In this document: one piece after another, positions 1 to 9,246 of the stretch | Layout: every line of letters begins with the position of its first letter | Numbering within the stretch: the first letter of the stretch is position 1 | NCBI GenBank assembly: GCA_964399485.1 | Contig: CAYNQS010000009.1 | Span: forward strand, 5,865 to 69,864 | Direction of reading: 5' to 3' | Length of the DNA: 64,000 bases | From: an uncultured Candidatus Bathyarchaeia archaeon | GTDB taxonomy: Archaea > Thermoproteota > Bathyarchaeia > Bathyarchaeales > Bathyarchaeaceae | The notes under the pieces: generated by a model | Told to the model about the DNA's origin: nothing | The model's database searches: none | What the model saw: only the letters and a program-made list of their open reading frames with translations | Made by a program: the position numbers and the translations under genes

Positions 1-144
1 ATGGACATAAACCTGAGGGAGCTTATGAAGAAAATTGAAAAGATAATGAAAGAACGGTACGGCTACGAGGCGGGAGTAAGCCTCGAAGAGGTTCCGCCGT
101 TGGGAGAGTTCAAAATGGAGGATTCTCAGGAGTTCATCAAGTGA
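1..144 (+). CDS. 3' end of an unidentified upstream gene (cut by window edge)
   Basis: Frame 1 is open from base 1 to TGA at 142-144. It ends 6 nt before the next start. The 47-aa tail has no motif I recognise. Confidence 0.3.
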   Translation: MDINLRELMKKIEKIMKERYGYEAGVSLEEVPPLGEFKMEDSQEFIK

Positions 145-150
145 AACGGG

Positions 151-1188
151 ATGTTTCCAATGAAGTGGAAGGTCATAGAAAAGAGTAAATTACCCGTCCT
201 CGTTGCAGAATTGGCTAAAGAAAACGAGGTTTTCGCGCCAGTTAAGGAAAGAGGCATCGTCTCCTTTGAAAGAATTTCCTCCGAAAACCAAGTCTACCTA
301 GACTTTCGGAACACAAAGAAGCCTCCCAAAGAGGTTTTCTTTCCACAAACCGAGACGCTGTTCACCTATAGGGCGGACAAAAAAGACGTAGAAGTACTGG
401 AAGATCCTGCTGTAAAGGGAAAGAGGGTGCTGTTGGGTGTCCGCCCCTGCGATGCCAGAAGCTTCGTTTTGCTGGACAAATTCTTCTCTTCTGGAGAACA
501 CAAAGATGTGTACTACCTAAAGAAGAGAAAGAACACAACCATAGTCGGGTTGGCTTGCAATGCTCCTTTAAGCACATGCTTCTGCACGTCCATGGGGGGA
601 AATCCGTTTGGAAAGGAGGGAATGGACCTGCTTCTCCAAGACATAAACGACCAATATCTGATAGAAGCAGTCACTGAAAGAGGCGAGGAACTCATTAAGA
701 AGTTTCCGTGGTTGAAAGACGCAGAAAAAGCGGACATAGAGAGAGCAAAGAAACTCTCCGAAGACGCTGAAAAAGCTGTCAAGTCTAAGGTCTCTGTTAA
801 AAACGTAAGCGAAAAACTCGACAGAATGTTCGACGACCCAATGTGGGATCAAATATATCAGAGGTGCTTAGGCTGTGGCGTCTGCACCTTCCTCTGTCCC
901 ACCTGTTGCTGCTTTGACATTCTGGACGAAGAAACGGAAGAAGTAAAAAGAGTCAGAATTTGGGATTCATGTCAGTTCTCCTGTTTCACATTACAGGGTT
1001 CTGGACATAATCCTCGTCCTTCGGGAAAGGAGAGGATGAGGCAGAGGATCATGCATAAATTCAATTATTTCGTCAAGAACTACGGCGAAAGTTTTTGCGT
1101 AGGCTGTGGAAGATGCGTTCAAGAGTGTCCGGTGAACCTTGACATTAGAGAAGTAGTTGGAGCAATATCAACCAGACAGGTGGAGTGA
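151..1188 (+). CDS. 4Fe-4S dicluster protein, sulfhydrogenase beta (HydB) / AsrA-like
   Basis: ATG start. Two CxxCxxCxxxCP motifs (CLGCGVCTFLCP, CVGCGRCVQECP) plus a Cys-rich CFCTS segment. A 3-nt gap separates it from a gamma-like partner. Confidence 0.7.
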   Translation: MFPMKWKVIEKSKLPVLVAELAKENEVFAPVKERGIVSFERISSENQVYLDFRNTKKPPKEVFFPQTETLFTYRADKKDVEVLEDPAVKGKRVLLGVRPCDARSFVLLDKFFSSGEHKDVYYLKKRKNTTIVGLACNAPLSTCFCTSMGGNPFGKEGMDLLLQDINDQYLIEAVTERGEELIKKFPWLKDAEKADIERAKKLSEDAEKAVKSKVSVKNVSEKLDRMFDDPMWDQIYQRCLGCGVCTFLCPTCCCFDILDEETEEVKRVRIWDSCQFSCFTLQGSGHNPRPSGKERMRQRIMHKFNYFVKNYGESFCVGCGRCVQECPVNLDIREVVGAISTRQVE

Positions 1189-1191
1189 AGA

Positions 1192-2031
1192 ATGAACAAT
1201 CCATATGTCCCAAATCTCGTAGTCATTAGAAAAATCACAACAGAAAATGAAGCCAACGACATAAAAACCTTTGAACTCGTTTTCAAAGAGCCAGAGGCAA
1301 TGAAGAACTTCAGGTACAGATGTGGCCAGTTCGCGGAAATCTCTTTCTTTGGCGCCGGAGAGTGCCCCATAGGCATAGCCTCATCCCCCATGGATGAAGA
1401 CTGCATCCAGTTCACCGTGAAAAAAGTTGGAGTTGTCACGACGGCTTTACACAACAGTGAAGAGGGAACAATTATGGGAGTCAGAGGGCCCTACGGCAAC
1501 GGTTTCCCGATGGAGAAGATGGAGGGTCGCAATGTTGTTATTGTTGGAGGAGGCTTCGCCTTCACAACGCTGAGGTCTCTAACCAAATTCATCCTTCACG
1601 AGGCCAACAGAGATAAGTTCAAAGACGTAACGGTTATCTATGGAGCCCGCGACCCAGGTGAGCTCATATACAAATACGACCTTGAAGCTTGGGGGAAAAG
1701 AGATGACATTAACCTCAATGTCACCATTGACCGCGCTGTTCCCGGCTGGACTGGATTGGTTGGCTTTGTACCAGCCATTCTCAAGGAGGTTGCTCCAAGC
1801 TCAGACAACGCTATTGCTATTGTCTGCGGTCCGCCTATAATGATAAAGTTCACCATGCCGGTTATTAACGAACTCAACTTCTCTCCCGAGGATGTCTTCT
1901 TGTCCCTGGAAATGAGGATGAAGTGTGGCATCGGAAAGTGTGGAAGGTGCAACATAGGAAACAAGTTTGTGTGTAAAGACGGGCCGGTCTTCGCCTATAA
2001 AGAGCTTGAGATGATGTCGAAAGAGTACTGA
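1192..2031 (+). CDS. FAD/NAD(P)-binding [2Fe-2S] oxidoreductase, sulfhydrogenase gamma (HydG) / AsrB / PyrK-like
   Basis: Ferredoxin-reductase-type layout: RCGQFAEI, then the VVIVGGGFAFTTL glycine motif, then the C-terminal cluster motif CGIGKCGRCNIG..C. Confidence 0.75.
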   Translation: MNNPYVPNLVVIRKITTENEANDIKTFELVFKEPEAMKNFRYRCGQFAEISFFGAGECPIGIASSPMDEDCIQFTVKKVGVVTTALHNSEEGTIMGVRGPYGNGFPMEKMEGRNVVIVGGGFAFTTLRSLTKFILHEANRDKFKDVTVIYGARDPGELIYKYDLEAWGKRDDINLNVTIDRAVPGWTGLVGFVPAILKEVAPSSDNAIAIVCGPPIMIKFTMPVINELNFSPEDVFLSLEMRMKCGIGKCGRCNIGNKFVCKDGPVFAYKELEMMSKEY

Positions 2032-2051
2032 GCATATGATCCTTTGCGTGT

Positions 2052-2240
2052 TCATTCTTTTGCAAGCGTGTATTTACGATTTTTACTGTCGCAGTCGATT
2101 TTGCCTTCATTAAAGAGTTTTCGCAAGGATTTGAAAACGGTTTTCGTTGGTTTTCCGATTTGATCGGCGATTTCAACGAGACTTAAGGATTTTCTTGAGT
2201 TTTCTAGCACTGAAATGATTTGTTTGTCAACTTTTCCCAT
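2052..2240 (-). CDS. small winged-helix DNA-binding protein
   Basis: 62 aa. SLSLVEIADQIGKPTKTVFKSLRKLFNEGKI reads as helix-turn-helix plus wing. Confidence 0.5.
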   Translation of the reverse strand: MGKVDKQIISVLENSRKSLSLVEIADQIGKPTKTVFKSLRKLFNEGKIDCDSKNRKYTLAKE

Positions 2241-2413
2241 GTTAGATCACGCCCTACTCATTCACTTGTCATTTTATTTCCTTTTAAGACATCTGTAATT
2301 ATCCAGCTAACTATGATGTGTTGTATAGTGTGGCAAAGTGATTTTAGGGTACCCATGCGACGAGTTTTTCAGAGGGCACCTCAGGAAACCTACCGACGTG
2401 CATTCAGGCTCAT

Positions 2414-2830
2414 TTAGCTTCTTTTTATGAGTTCTTTGTGCCATTCCACCGCTGCATCGAAGTTCATGATTTCTTTTAGTTCTGCCTCGAGATTTGTGGG
2501 AGCTAAGATAATGAGCCATCCTTCGCCGTATGGATCTTCGTTGAGCAGTTCGGGCCTGGAGTCCAGTTCTTCATTTACTTGTTCGATTGTGCCGCTTACG
2601 GGGGCAATAAGATCTGAGACTGCTTTCACAGATTCCACGGTTCCAAAGGGTTCATTTTGAGTTAAGGCGTCACCTACGCTGGGAAGTTCGACGTATACGA
2701 TGTCGTTGAGTTGTTTTTGAGCGAAGTCAGACATTCCTATTTTCACTTTTCCGTTTTCTACACTTGCCCACAGGTATTCTTTGTGGTAATACAACTTTTC
2801 AGGCACTTCATAGCCTTCTACTTTGACCAT
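2414..2830 (-). CDS. gcvH: glycine cleavage system H protein (lipoyl carrier)
   Basis: Lipoyl-lysine motif TVESVKAVSDL and the C-terminal GEGWL typical of GcvH. The ATG at 2830 is preceded by AAGGTGG. The track start at 2839 is a GTG inside that SD. Confidence 0.9.
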   Translation of the reverse strand: MVKVEGYEVPEKLYYHKEYLWASVENGKVKIGMSDFAQKQLNDIVYVELPSVGDALTQNEPFGTVESVKAVSDLIAPVSGTIEQVNEELDSRPELLNEDPYGEGWLIILAPTNLEAELKEIMNFDAAVEWHKELIKRS

Positions 2831-2972
2831 ATTTTCCACCTTCTTTCAGTTACCGTATTGTGATAACTGTTTATCTTAAAAACATAACGATTCGAATTGA
2901 AGAAAAGCACATCCCTAAAACTATCGTACATCAGCTAACCGTCCAGAATGCAGCTTTGAGTATTTCAGAAAA

Positions 2973-3962
2973 TCAAATCTGGATGTCTTCAAAAATCTGG
3001 GAACAGCAGAGAGGCGAAAAGGACGTTTCCAGATTCATGGATTCTGCCAACCGGATGGCTTCTTCGACAGGAAAGGCTATGGCGTCGACGCCAGCTCTCA
3101 CAGCAAGCAGGTCAGTGTCTATCCGATGTTTACCTTTAGGTCTCATACACCCCAAAACCAACGGAGTTTGAAGCATCAATAGTCTGGCAGAAACCAAAAT
3201 GCGGGCAATGTCTTCCGGTTTAGGCGGAATCACCTTTTCCATGGGCGTTCCACGGATAGGCATGAAAGCTATAATTATGACGGCTGAAGGCGAATATCTG
3301 GAGATCATTTTTAGCGCCTCAAGTTCGCCCTTCAGTTCGCCGTAGTGTAGCCCCACAAGCACGTGTGGAACAAAGGGGATTCCGGATTCATGGAAAGCCC
3401 TTAAAGACCTGTCATAATCTTCAACGCTGACATCGAGGCGGTATACTTCGCGGATTGTTTTGTCGGAGCCAATTATGTCGATTAGTGCAGCGTCAACTCC
3501 AGCAGCCTTCAACTGTTTTGCAGTAGAAAAGTCGACGACCCCTGTGTGAGTGATAATATTTAGACTCAGCTTCTTCTTTATCTTGGCGATGGCGTCTATG
3601 AACTTGTCGATGGGAACAGAACCGTCCGGAAGGCATCCTCCGCTTATGAGGCAGCCAACCGCTCCATCGTTTTTCAGTTTTGCACAAACATCAAACAGTT
3701 CTTCTGGAGTTAGGGCGGGAACCATGGTGTCTAACACTTTTCCGTTGCAGTGCTTACATTTCAGTGCGCAGGAGGAGCCTGTGATTGAGATTGATGGAAA
3801 AGCGTTTGGAGGCGAACGGAAATGTTTGCTTTTGTAGTAGACAAAACTTGGAGCATAGAATCGAATTTTCCCTGTCCTATTAGGAAAATAGCCTCCTTCA
3901 ATTAACGAAACTAACTCTTTTTTTGGCATCCGCCATACAGTCTCAGCATCTAGGTTTGACAT
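2973..3962 (-). CDS. radical SAM protein, candidate LipS1/LipS2-type lipoyl synthase subunit
   Basis: CxxxCxxC motif CALKCKHC followed by a GG-rich SAM-binding stretch (CLISGGC). It sits next to gcvH and is divergent from a second biotin-synthase-like radical SAM gene. Confidence 0.55.
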   Translation of the reverse strand: MSNLDAETVWRMPKKELVSLIEGGYFPNRTGKIRFYAPSFVYYKSKHFRSPPNAFPSISITGSSCALKCKHCNGKVLDTMVPALTPEELFDVCAKLKNDGAVGCLISGGCLPDGSVPIDKFIDAIAKIKKKLSLNIITHTGVVDFSTAKQLKAAGVDAALIDIIGSDKTIREVYRLDVSVEDYDRSLRAFHESGIPFVPHVLVGLHYGELKGELEALKMISRYSPSAVIIIAFMPIRGTPMEKVIPPKPEDIARILVSARLLMLQTPLVLGCMRPKGKHRIDTDLLAVRAGVDAIAFPVEEAIRLAESMNLETSFSPLCCSQIFEDIQI

Positions 3963-4145
3963 ACATGTCTACCATCGTAATTGCTTTCTAAAAAACTTTT
4001 GAGAGTTAGTTGAGGAAAACTCCAGAGAACCTATTCTTTAGTGGCTCTGTTTGATTGCTCCTTTTAGCTTCCGTTTTTTTGGGAGAGATAAATATAGGCA
4101 CCAAATTATTAACCTATAGACTCCAAAAACGTTTGGTGCTCATTA

Positions 4146-5147
4146 ATGACTAGCGTATCTATCCCTAAAAGAATTCGTGTCTCCACCGGCTCAGCCATTG
4201 TGCTCGGCTTGTTAAGGGGTAAACTTGACGCCAAACCCACAACCATCTATCTGCTAACCTGTCGAAAAGAAAAGTGCTCCGCCAACTGCGGTTTCTGCCC
4301 CCAAGCCAGAATGAGCAAGGGTAGAGCCGACATGCTCTCCAGAGTCACTTGGCCTACATTCCAGACAAGACAGGTAGTCGATGGAATAGAAAGAACCGCA
4401 AGAGACGGATCGATAAAGCGGGTTTGCCTCCAGACGCTCAATTATGCACAGGTTTTTGACGAGGTTTTGCTTCTTGTTAGGGAAATCAAGTCGCGAGTAG
4501 CTGTTCCCGTATCCGTTTCTTGTCAGCCCTTAAACCCGGAGAAAATGAAGGGGTTAGCAGACGCGGGGGTTAATCGAATAAGCATCGCCTTGGACGCTGC
4601 CACAGAAGAAATTTTTGACAGGGTTAAAGGAAGAAACATGGGTGGACCTTACCGTTGGGAGAGACAGCGTGATGCATTGCGGGAGGCTGTTAGACTCTTC
4701 GGTGAAGGCTCCGTGAGTACACATCTTATTGTGGGTTTAGGAGAAACAGAGAAGGCGATTTGCAAAACGATTCAATGGTGTGTTGATTCGGGAGTATATC
4801 CAGCATTGTTTGCCTTTACACCGATTCCTGGAACCGCTCTTGAAGACAATCCCCAGCCTTCACTAAGCAGTTACCGGAGGGTTCAAGTTGCGCATTACCT
4901 CTTAACCCACAGAAAAACCCGATTTGAAAACATGGTATTCGACAGAAGTAGTTGTCTCAGAGACTTCGGAATACCTAAGGAACGGCTGCTGGAAGTCGTA
5001 GACACCGGCGAACCGTTTCTAACTTCGGGATGTCCAGGATGCAATCGACCCTATTATAATGAGAGACCTGGTGGTCCTCTCTATAACTATCCAAGGCAAC
5101 TGCTCTCCAAAGAGATTGAGGAAGCAAAAAGAATATTGGGGTTTTAG
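4146..5147 (+). CDS. radical SAM protein (BioB-like), candidate LipS1/LipS2-type lipoyl synthase subunit
   Basis: CxxxCxxC motif CSANCGFC. TIM-barrel-type radical SAM core with IVGLGET. Divergent partner of 2973-3962. Confidence 0.55.
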   Translation: MTSVSIPKRIRVSTGSAIVLGLLRGKLDAKPTTIYLLTCRKEKCSANCGFCPQARMSKGRADMLSRVTWPTFQTRQVVDGIERTARDGSIKRVCLQTLNYAQVFDEVLLLVREIKSRVAVPVSVSCQPLNPEKMKGLADAGVNRISIALDAATEEIFDRVKGRNMGGPYRWERQRDALREAVRLFGEGSVSTHLIVGLGETEKAICKTIQWCVDSGVYPALFAFTPIPGTALEDNPQPSLSSYRRVQVAHYLLTHRKTRFENMVFDRSSCLRDFGIPKERLLEVVDTGEPFLTSGCPGCNRPYYNERPGGPLYNYPRQLLSKEIEEAKRILGF

Positions 5148-5803
5148 ACCCAGACTTTTTTGGGTTTTCTCAACAGCAGAACAAAGACGGTGATGCTGGC
5201 AACAACGGTTGTTGCGATAAAGATGTACATCAGATTTCGGGTAGAATCTACGTCGTTGCTGCCTGATTTCATTTCTGTGTTTTCTTGGGCGACAGATTGG
5301 TAAGTGGCATTCAATTCATCATATTCTGCTTGAAGCTGTTCTAATGCCACGTTTTTAATGTACGTCAAAGCAAATCCTGATGAAGGAATCTTTTCCGGGC
5401 AACCCATGAAATCCCATTCACAACTTATGAATCCGTATAATACTCCGGGGGAAAAGTTGTCGGGGATTGCTATGTCGTATTGCGTTTCATGAAAAGTGAG
5501 GGAAGAACCTTCGATGTGAGTGATGTTGGTTAAGGTAACTTCGGTTGTAGCGTTTACCCGCCCACATATCCTTATGTAGATATAGTCGATGTCAATTTGG
5601 GTTACAGCTTGCGTTGTCACATTGATGCTTATGTTCTCGCCAGGATAGGCTTGAATCGGAGCACTAATGTCTATCGTGAGACCCCCATAATCAATGTGAT
5701 ACACATTCTTTGTTTCTTCAGGGGCTGACTTGCCGACCCCCGAAAAAACTAAGATTAAAAGGAATGTACATAGCATCATTACACATAATTTTTTGAGCGC
5801 CAC
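5144..5803 (-). CDS. secreted, C-terminally membrane-anchored protein of unknown function
   Basis: N-terminal signal-like segment (LCVMMLCTFLLILVF). Several N-x-S/T sequons, a short coiled-coil-like stretch, then a C-terminal TM helix followed by RKPKK. Confidence 0.5.
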   Translation of the reverse strand: MALKKLCVMMLCTFLLILVFSGVGKSAPEETKNVYHIDYGGLTIDISAPIQAYPGENISINVTTQAVTQIDIDYIYIRICGRVNATTEVTLTNITHIEGSSLTFHETQYDIAIPDNFSPGVLYGFISCEWDFMGCPEKIPSSGFALTYIKNVALEQLQAEYDELNATYQSVAQENTEMKSGSNDVDSTRNLMYIFIATTVVASITVFVLLLRKPKKVWV

Positions 5804-5943
5804 TTTTTTCGCCTCTCAAAATCACTGTTCCCTCTTTTTCGTATAGAGAAATATTTAACACTTGTCATTTTCTTTGAATATACCTGTTTATCTGAACTCC
5901 AGAAACCTACAAAAAACTTTTAGAAAAAAAGGTTCGCCGCAAA

Positions 5944-6174
5944 TTACCGTACTGAACGGACAAAATTTTGGTACATATAAACGAAATAAATCAAAGCAAA
6001 TATTGCCAAAAAAACCTCGAACGACAATATCATCTGGTTCTGCTCGGTTGCCTTGAAAATTCCCGTTTGAGATATATCCCAGAAAACCAGCATCTGCAGA
6101 AAGATGGCGCTGCTTATGCAACCGAGACCCAAACTGTGAAACAGGAATCGCAAACGTAATGGCACTTTACTCAT
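5944..6174 (-). CDS. possible small two-TM membrane protein downstream of the P-type ATPase
   Basis: ATG start and two hydrophobic segments. No clear SD and no recognisable family. It could be a spurious ORF. Confidence 0.25.
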   Translation of the reverse strand: MSKVPLRLRFLFHSLGLGCISSAIFLQMLVFWDISQTGIFKATEQNQMILSFEVFLAIFALIYFVYMYQNFVRSVR

Positions 6175-6290
6175 TGTTCTTCGGAAAACGCTTACGCTGA
6201 GACCTTATCTCACTTATGAAATGCGAATATAGATTGAAAAAAAGGATTTGAGCTACCTATTTTCTAGGCAGCTAATCCCGGTTCTCTAGC

Positions 6291-8996
6291 TTATCTCCAG
6301 CGCCAAATCTTTCGGTCATAGAAGATTTCAGGCAATATTAGCAATCCCGATAGCGATAAGGGTATAACTATGGCCCATTCCTCAAGGCTTAAGGGTACTG
6401 TGTCGAACAAGCCTGTGAAAGGCACAAGCATTGTTGCAATTGCCGAGGCAACTACAGCAAAGAGTAGCCACTTGTTTGAGGTGAATCCAACCCTGAAGGC
6501 ATTCTTTCGTTCTGACCTGCAGTTCCAAACAACCATCAATTCACGTATGGTAGCTTGCGTGAAAGCCATTGTTTGCGCACGATGGAAATCGGGACTTCCT
6601 GGAATGCCGTCTCCCACTACATAAAACATTACGAAGAATAGGACTCCTGTTCCAAGGAATTGGGTTGTGAAGCTCATCAGGATTGAAGCGAATCTTCCAT
6701 AAAGTATGCCCTCGTTCGGGTCTCGCGGAGGCTTTTCCATCAAGTCTTTTTGGGGTGGGTCCAAGCTCAAAGCTAAAGCGGGACCGCCGTCTGTTATCAG
6801 ATTTATCCACAGAATCATGCCAGCGTCTAAGGGCAGTTCTAGGCTCAGCAAAGCAAAGAGTCCTATGACAAGAAGTTCGTCGAAGTTGGAACGCAGCAGG
6901 AAGAAGGAGAATTTTCGTATGTTGTCGTATATGGCTCGTCCGCCTTCAACGGCTGTGACGATTGTGGCGAAATTGTCGTCTGCCAGCACCATGTCTGCAG
7001 CCTCTCGGGTAACGTCGGTTCCTGTGATGCCCATGGCTATGCCTATGTCTGCCTGTTTGAGGGCTGGTGCGTCGTTAACTCCGTCTCCGGTCATGGCGAC
7101 GATATGTCCTTTCTTTTTCAGAGCTCTGACTATTCGAAGCTTGTGTTCCGGAGAGACACGAGCGTAAACTGATGCATCTTCCACTATTTTGTCGAATTCT
7201 TCGTCGCTCATTTTGTCCAGTTCTGCGCCTGTCAGAGCCAAGTCGCCGTCCATTATGTCCAACTCTTTGGCAATGGCAACTGCTGTGAGTTTGTGGTCTC
7301 CAGTAATCATCACGGTTTTTATGCCTGCTTTTCGGCACAATTCATTGGCGCCCTTCGCTTCGTCCCTGGGCGGGTCAATCATCCCCGCCAAGCCTATGAA
7401 AGTTAAGTTGCTCTCCAAGTCGTCTTCATCGTGTTTCCCAGCTTCAGTTTTTGGTAACTCTTTGTAGGCTATGGCGAGGACACGGAGAGCTTGATTTGCC
7501 ATCTCCTCGTTTGTCTTTAAGATTTTTTCTTTTTCTTTACTGGTTAGCGCAACTGTTTCGCCATCCTTGAGGATGTGTTCTGAGCGGTCTAAGAGGATTT
7601 CGACAGCTCCTTTAAAGTATGAGAAGACCTGTCCCTCCGGTGACCTGTGAATTGTCGCCATACGCTTTCTCTCGGAGGTGAAGGGAACTTCCTGAAGACG
7701 GGGATAACTTTTATCGAGGTTTGTTTTTGTAATTCCCGCCTTTGCGGCTGCTACGATCAATGCTCCCTCAGTGGTGTCTCCGATTATTTTTTGTCCGTCG
7801 TAACTGGCGTTGGAACATAATGTGCTGGCTTTCAACAGCAGATTAAGATGTGTATCTTCTTTCGGGTCTATGGGAACCCCATTTAGGAGGAAGTCTCCTT
7901 TTGATTCGTAACCGGCACCTGTCACGTCAATCATTTTATTGTTGATGTAGATTTTGCGCACGGTCATTTCGCCCTTTGTCAGGGTGCCTGTTTTGTCGGA
8001 GCAGATGATGTCTGTGGCGCCTAAAGTTTCTGCGGATGAAAGTTTTCTTATGAGTGCATTACGTTTTGCGAGTTCTCTAGCGCCTAGAGCAAGGGACACG
8101 GTTACAACAGCCGGCAAACCTTCCGGAACCGCTGAGACAGCAAGCGCGATTGCGACTTCAAAGGCATTTATTATCTCACTTATCCCGCTTGTTCCCAGAA
8201 CAAAGAGTTCATACAATTCAAGTAAGAAGATGATAATACACATAGCTACAATTATCATTCCCAGTTTTTTGGCGAACTTTGCCAGTTTCTGTTTGAGGGG
8301 AGTATCCACCTTTTCAACGGACTGAACCATTTTGGCGACTTTGCCGAATTCCGTTCCCATGCCAGTGGAGGTGATTACGGCTTTGCCTCTGCCGTAAGTT
8401 ATGTGGGTTGCCATGAAAACTGAGTTTTTTCTGTCAGCCACAGGCGTTTTTTCGTCAAGAGCCCCGTCCAGTTTTGACACGGCTGTCGATTCACCAGTTA
8501 AAATCGCTTCGTCGGTTTTCAAGTCAACAACGTTGAGGAGTCGCGCGTCAGCGGGGATGCGGTCTCCAGCTTCGAGGAGAACGATGTCTCCGGGCACAAC
8601 ATCTCGGGAGGGAATGATCAGCTCTTTCCCATTCCTCAGAACCCGAGCCTTGGGTGCAGTAAGCTTTTTCATTGCTTCCATTGCCTTTTCCGATCGGTAT
8701 TCTTGAAAAAAACCGACTACGGCGTTGAGGACCACGATGGTGCCTATGGTTGCGGCGTCTACGATCTCGTTTATCGCGACGGAGATGACGATTGCGATTA
8801 GAAGCATGATAACAAATATGTCCTTGAATTGACCGAGGAATATCTGAAGGGGGCTTACTCCCTTCTTCATCACAAGTTCGTTGGGTCCGAACTCTTGCAG
8901 TCGACGCTCAGCCTCTTCTGTATTCAAGCCTTCTTCGGTGGCTTTTAGAGATTCTAGGAGTTTCTCCTTTTCCATGGCATGCCATTCAGTGCTCAT
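6291..8996 (-). CDS. cation-transporting P-type ATPase (type II, Ca2+/cation pump-like)
   Basis: Phosphorylation motif CSDKTGTLT, TGES, MITGDH and the hinge TGDGVNDAPALK, with about 10 predicted TM segments. Confidence 0.9.
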   Translation of the reverse strand: MSTEWHAMEKEKLLESLKATEEGLNTEEAERRLQEFGPNELVMKKGVSPLQIFLGQFKDIFVIMLLIAIVISVAINEIVDAATIGTIVVLNAVVGFFQEYRSEKAMEAMKKLTAPKARVLRNGKELIIPSRDVVPGDIVLLEAGDRIPADARLLNVVDLKTDEAILTGESTAVSKLDGALDEKTPVADRKNSVFMATHITYGRGKAVITSTGMGTEFGKVAKMVQSVEKVDTPLKQKLAKFAKKLGMIIVAMCIIIFLLELYELFVLGTSGISEIINAFEVAIALAVSAVPEGLPAVVTVSLALGARELAKRNALIRKLSSAETLGATDIICSDKTGTLTKGEMTVRKIYINNKMIDVTGAGYESKGDFLLNGVPIDPKEDTHLNLLLKASTLCSNASYDGQKIIGDTTEGALIVAAAKAGITKTNLDKSYPRLQEVPFTSERKRMATIHRSPEGQVFSYFKGAVEILLDRSEHILKDGETVALTSKEKEKILKTNEEMANQALRVLAIAYKELPKTEAGKHDEDDLESNLTFIGLAGMIDPPRDEAKGANELCRKAGIKTVMITGDHKLTAVAIAKELDIMDGDLALTGAELDKMSDEEFDKIVEDASVYARVSPEHKLRIVRALKKKGHIVAMTGDGVNDAPALKQADIGIAMGITGTDVTREAADMVLADDNFATIVTAVEGGRAIYDNIRKFSFFLLRSNFDELLVIGLFALLSLELPLDAGMILWINLITDGGPALALSLDPPQKDLMEKPPRDPNEGILYGRFASILMSFTTQFLGTGVLFFVMFYVVGDGIPGSPDFHRAQTMAFTQATIRELMVVWNCRSERKNAFRVGFTSNKWLLFAVVASAIATMLVPFTGLFDTVPLSLEEWAIVIPLSLSGLLILPEIFYDRKIWRWR

Positions 8997-9246
8997 TTCA
9001 ACCGCCTGTCTTACAGACTGGAAGATTTTGAAGTTTAAAGGGTCACATTGCTCTTAAAAAGCATTTCTTCCAATTTGATGCAAAAATTTTCTCACGGCTA
9101 CAATAAATTCTGAAATTGGGCTCAGGGTTTGAGCTTAAATGCCAAAACTGAGCTGTGAACCAAACACTCTGGTAAGATTTCGGCGAAAACCTTAAGACAG
9201 ACATGTTGAAACCGTAATACCTCAAAACACGGGTGTGCAAAATATC

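Noticed and set aside
6370-8706. Multiple 60-150-aa + strand ORFs inside the P-type ATPase gene
   Set aside because: All are antisense to a 901-aa ORF with complete P-type ATPase motifs. Their translations are Ser/Arg/Ala-rich, and none has an SD or any motif.
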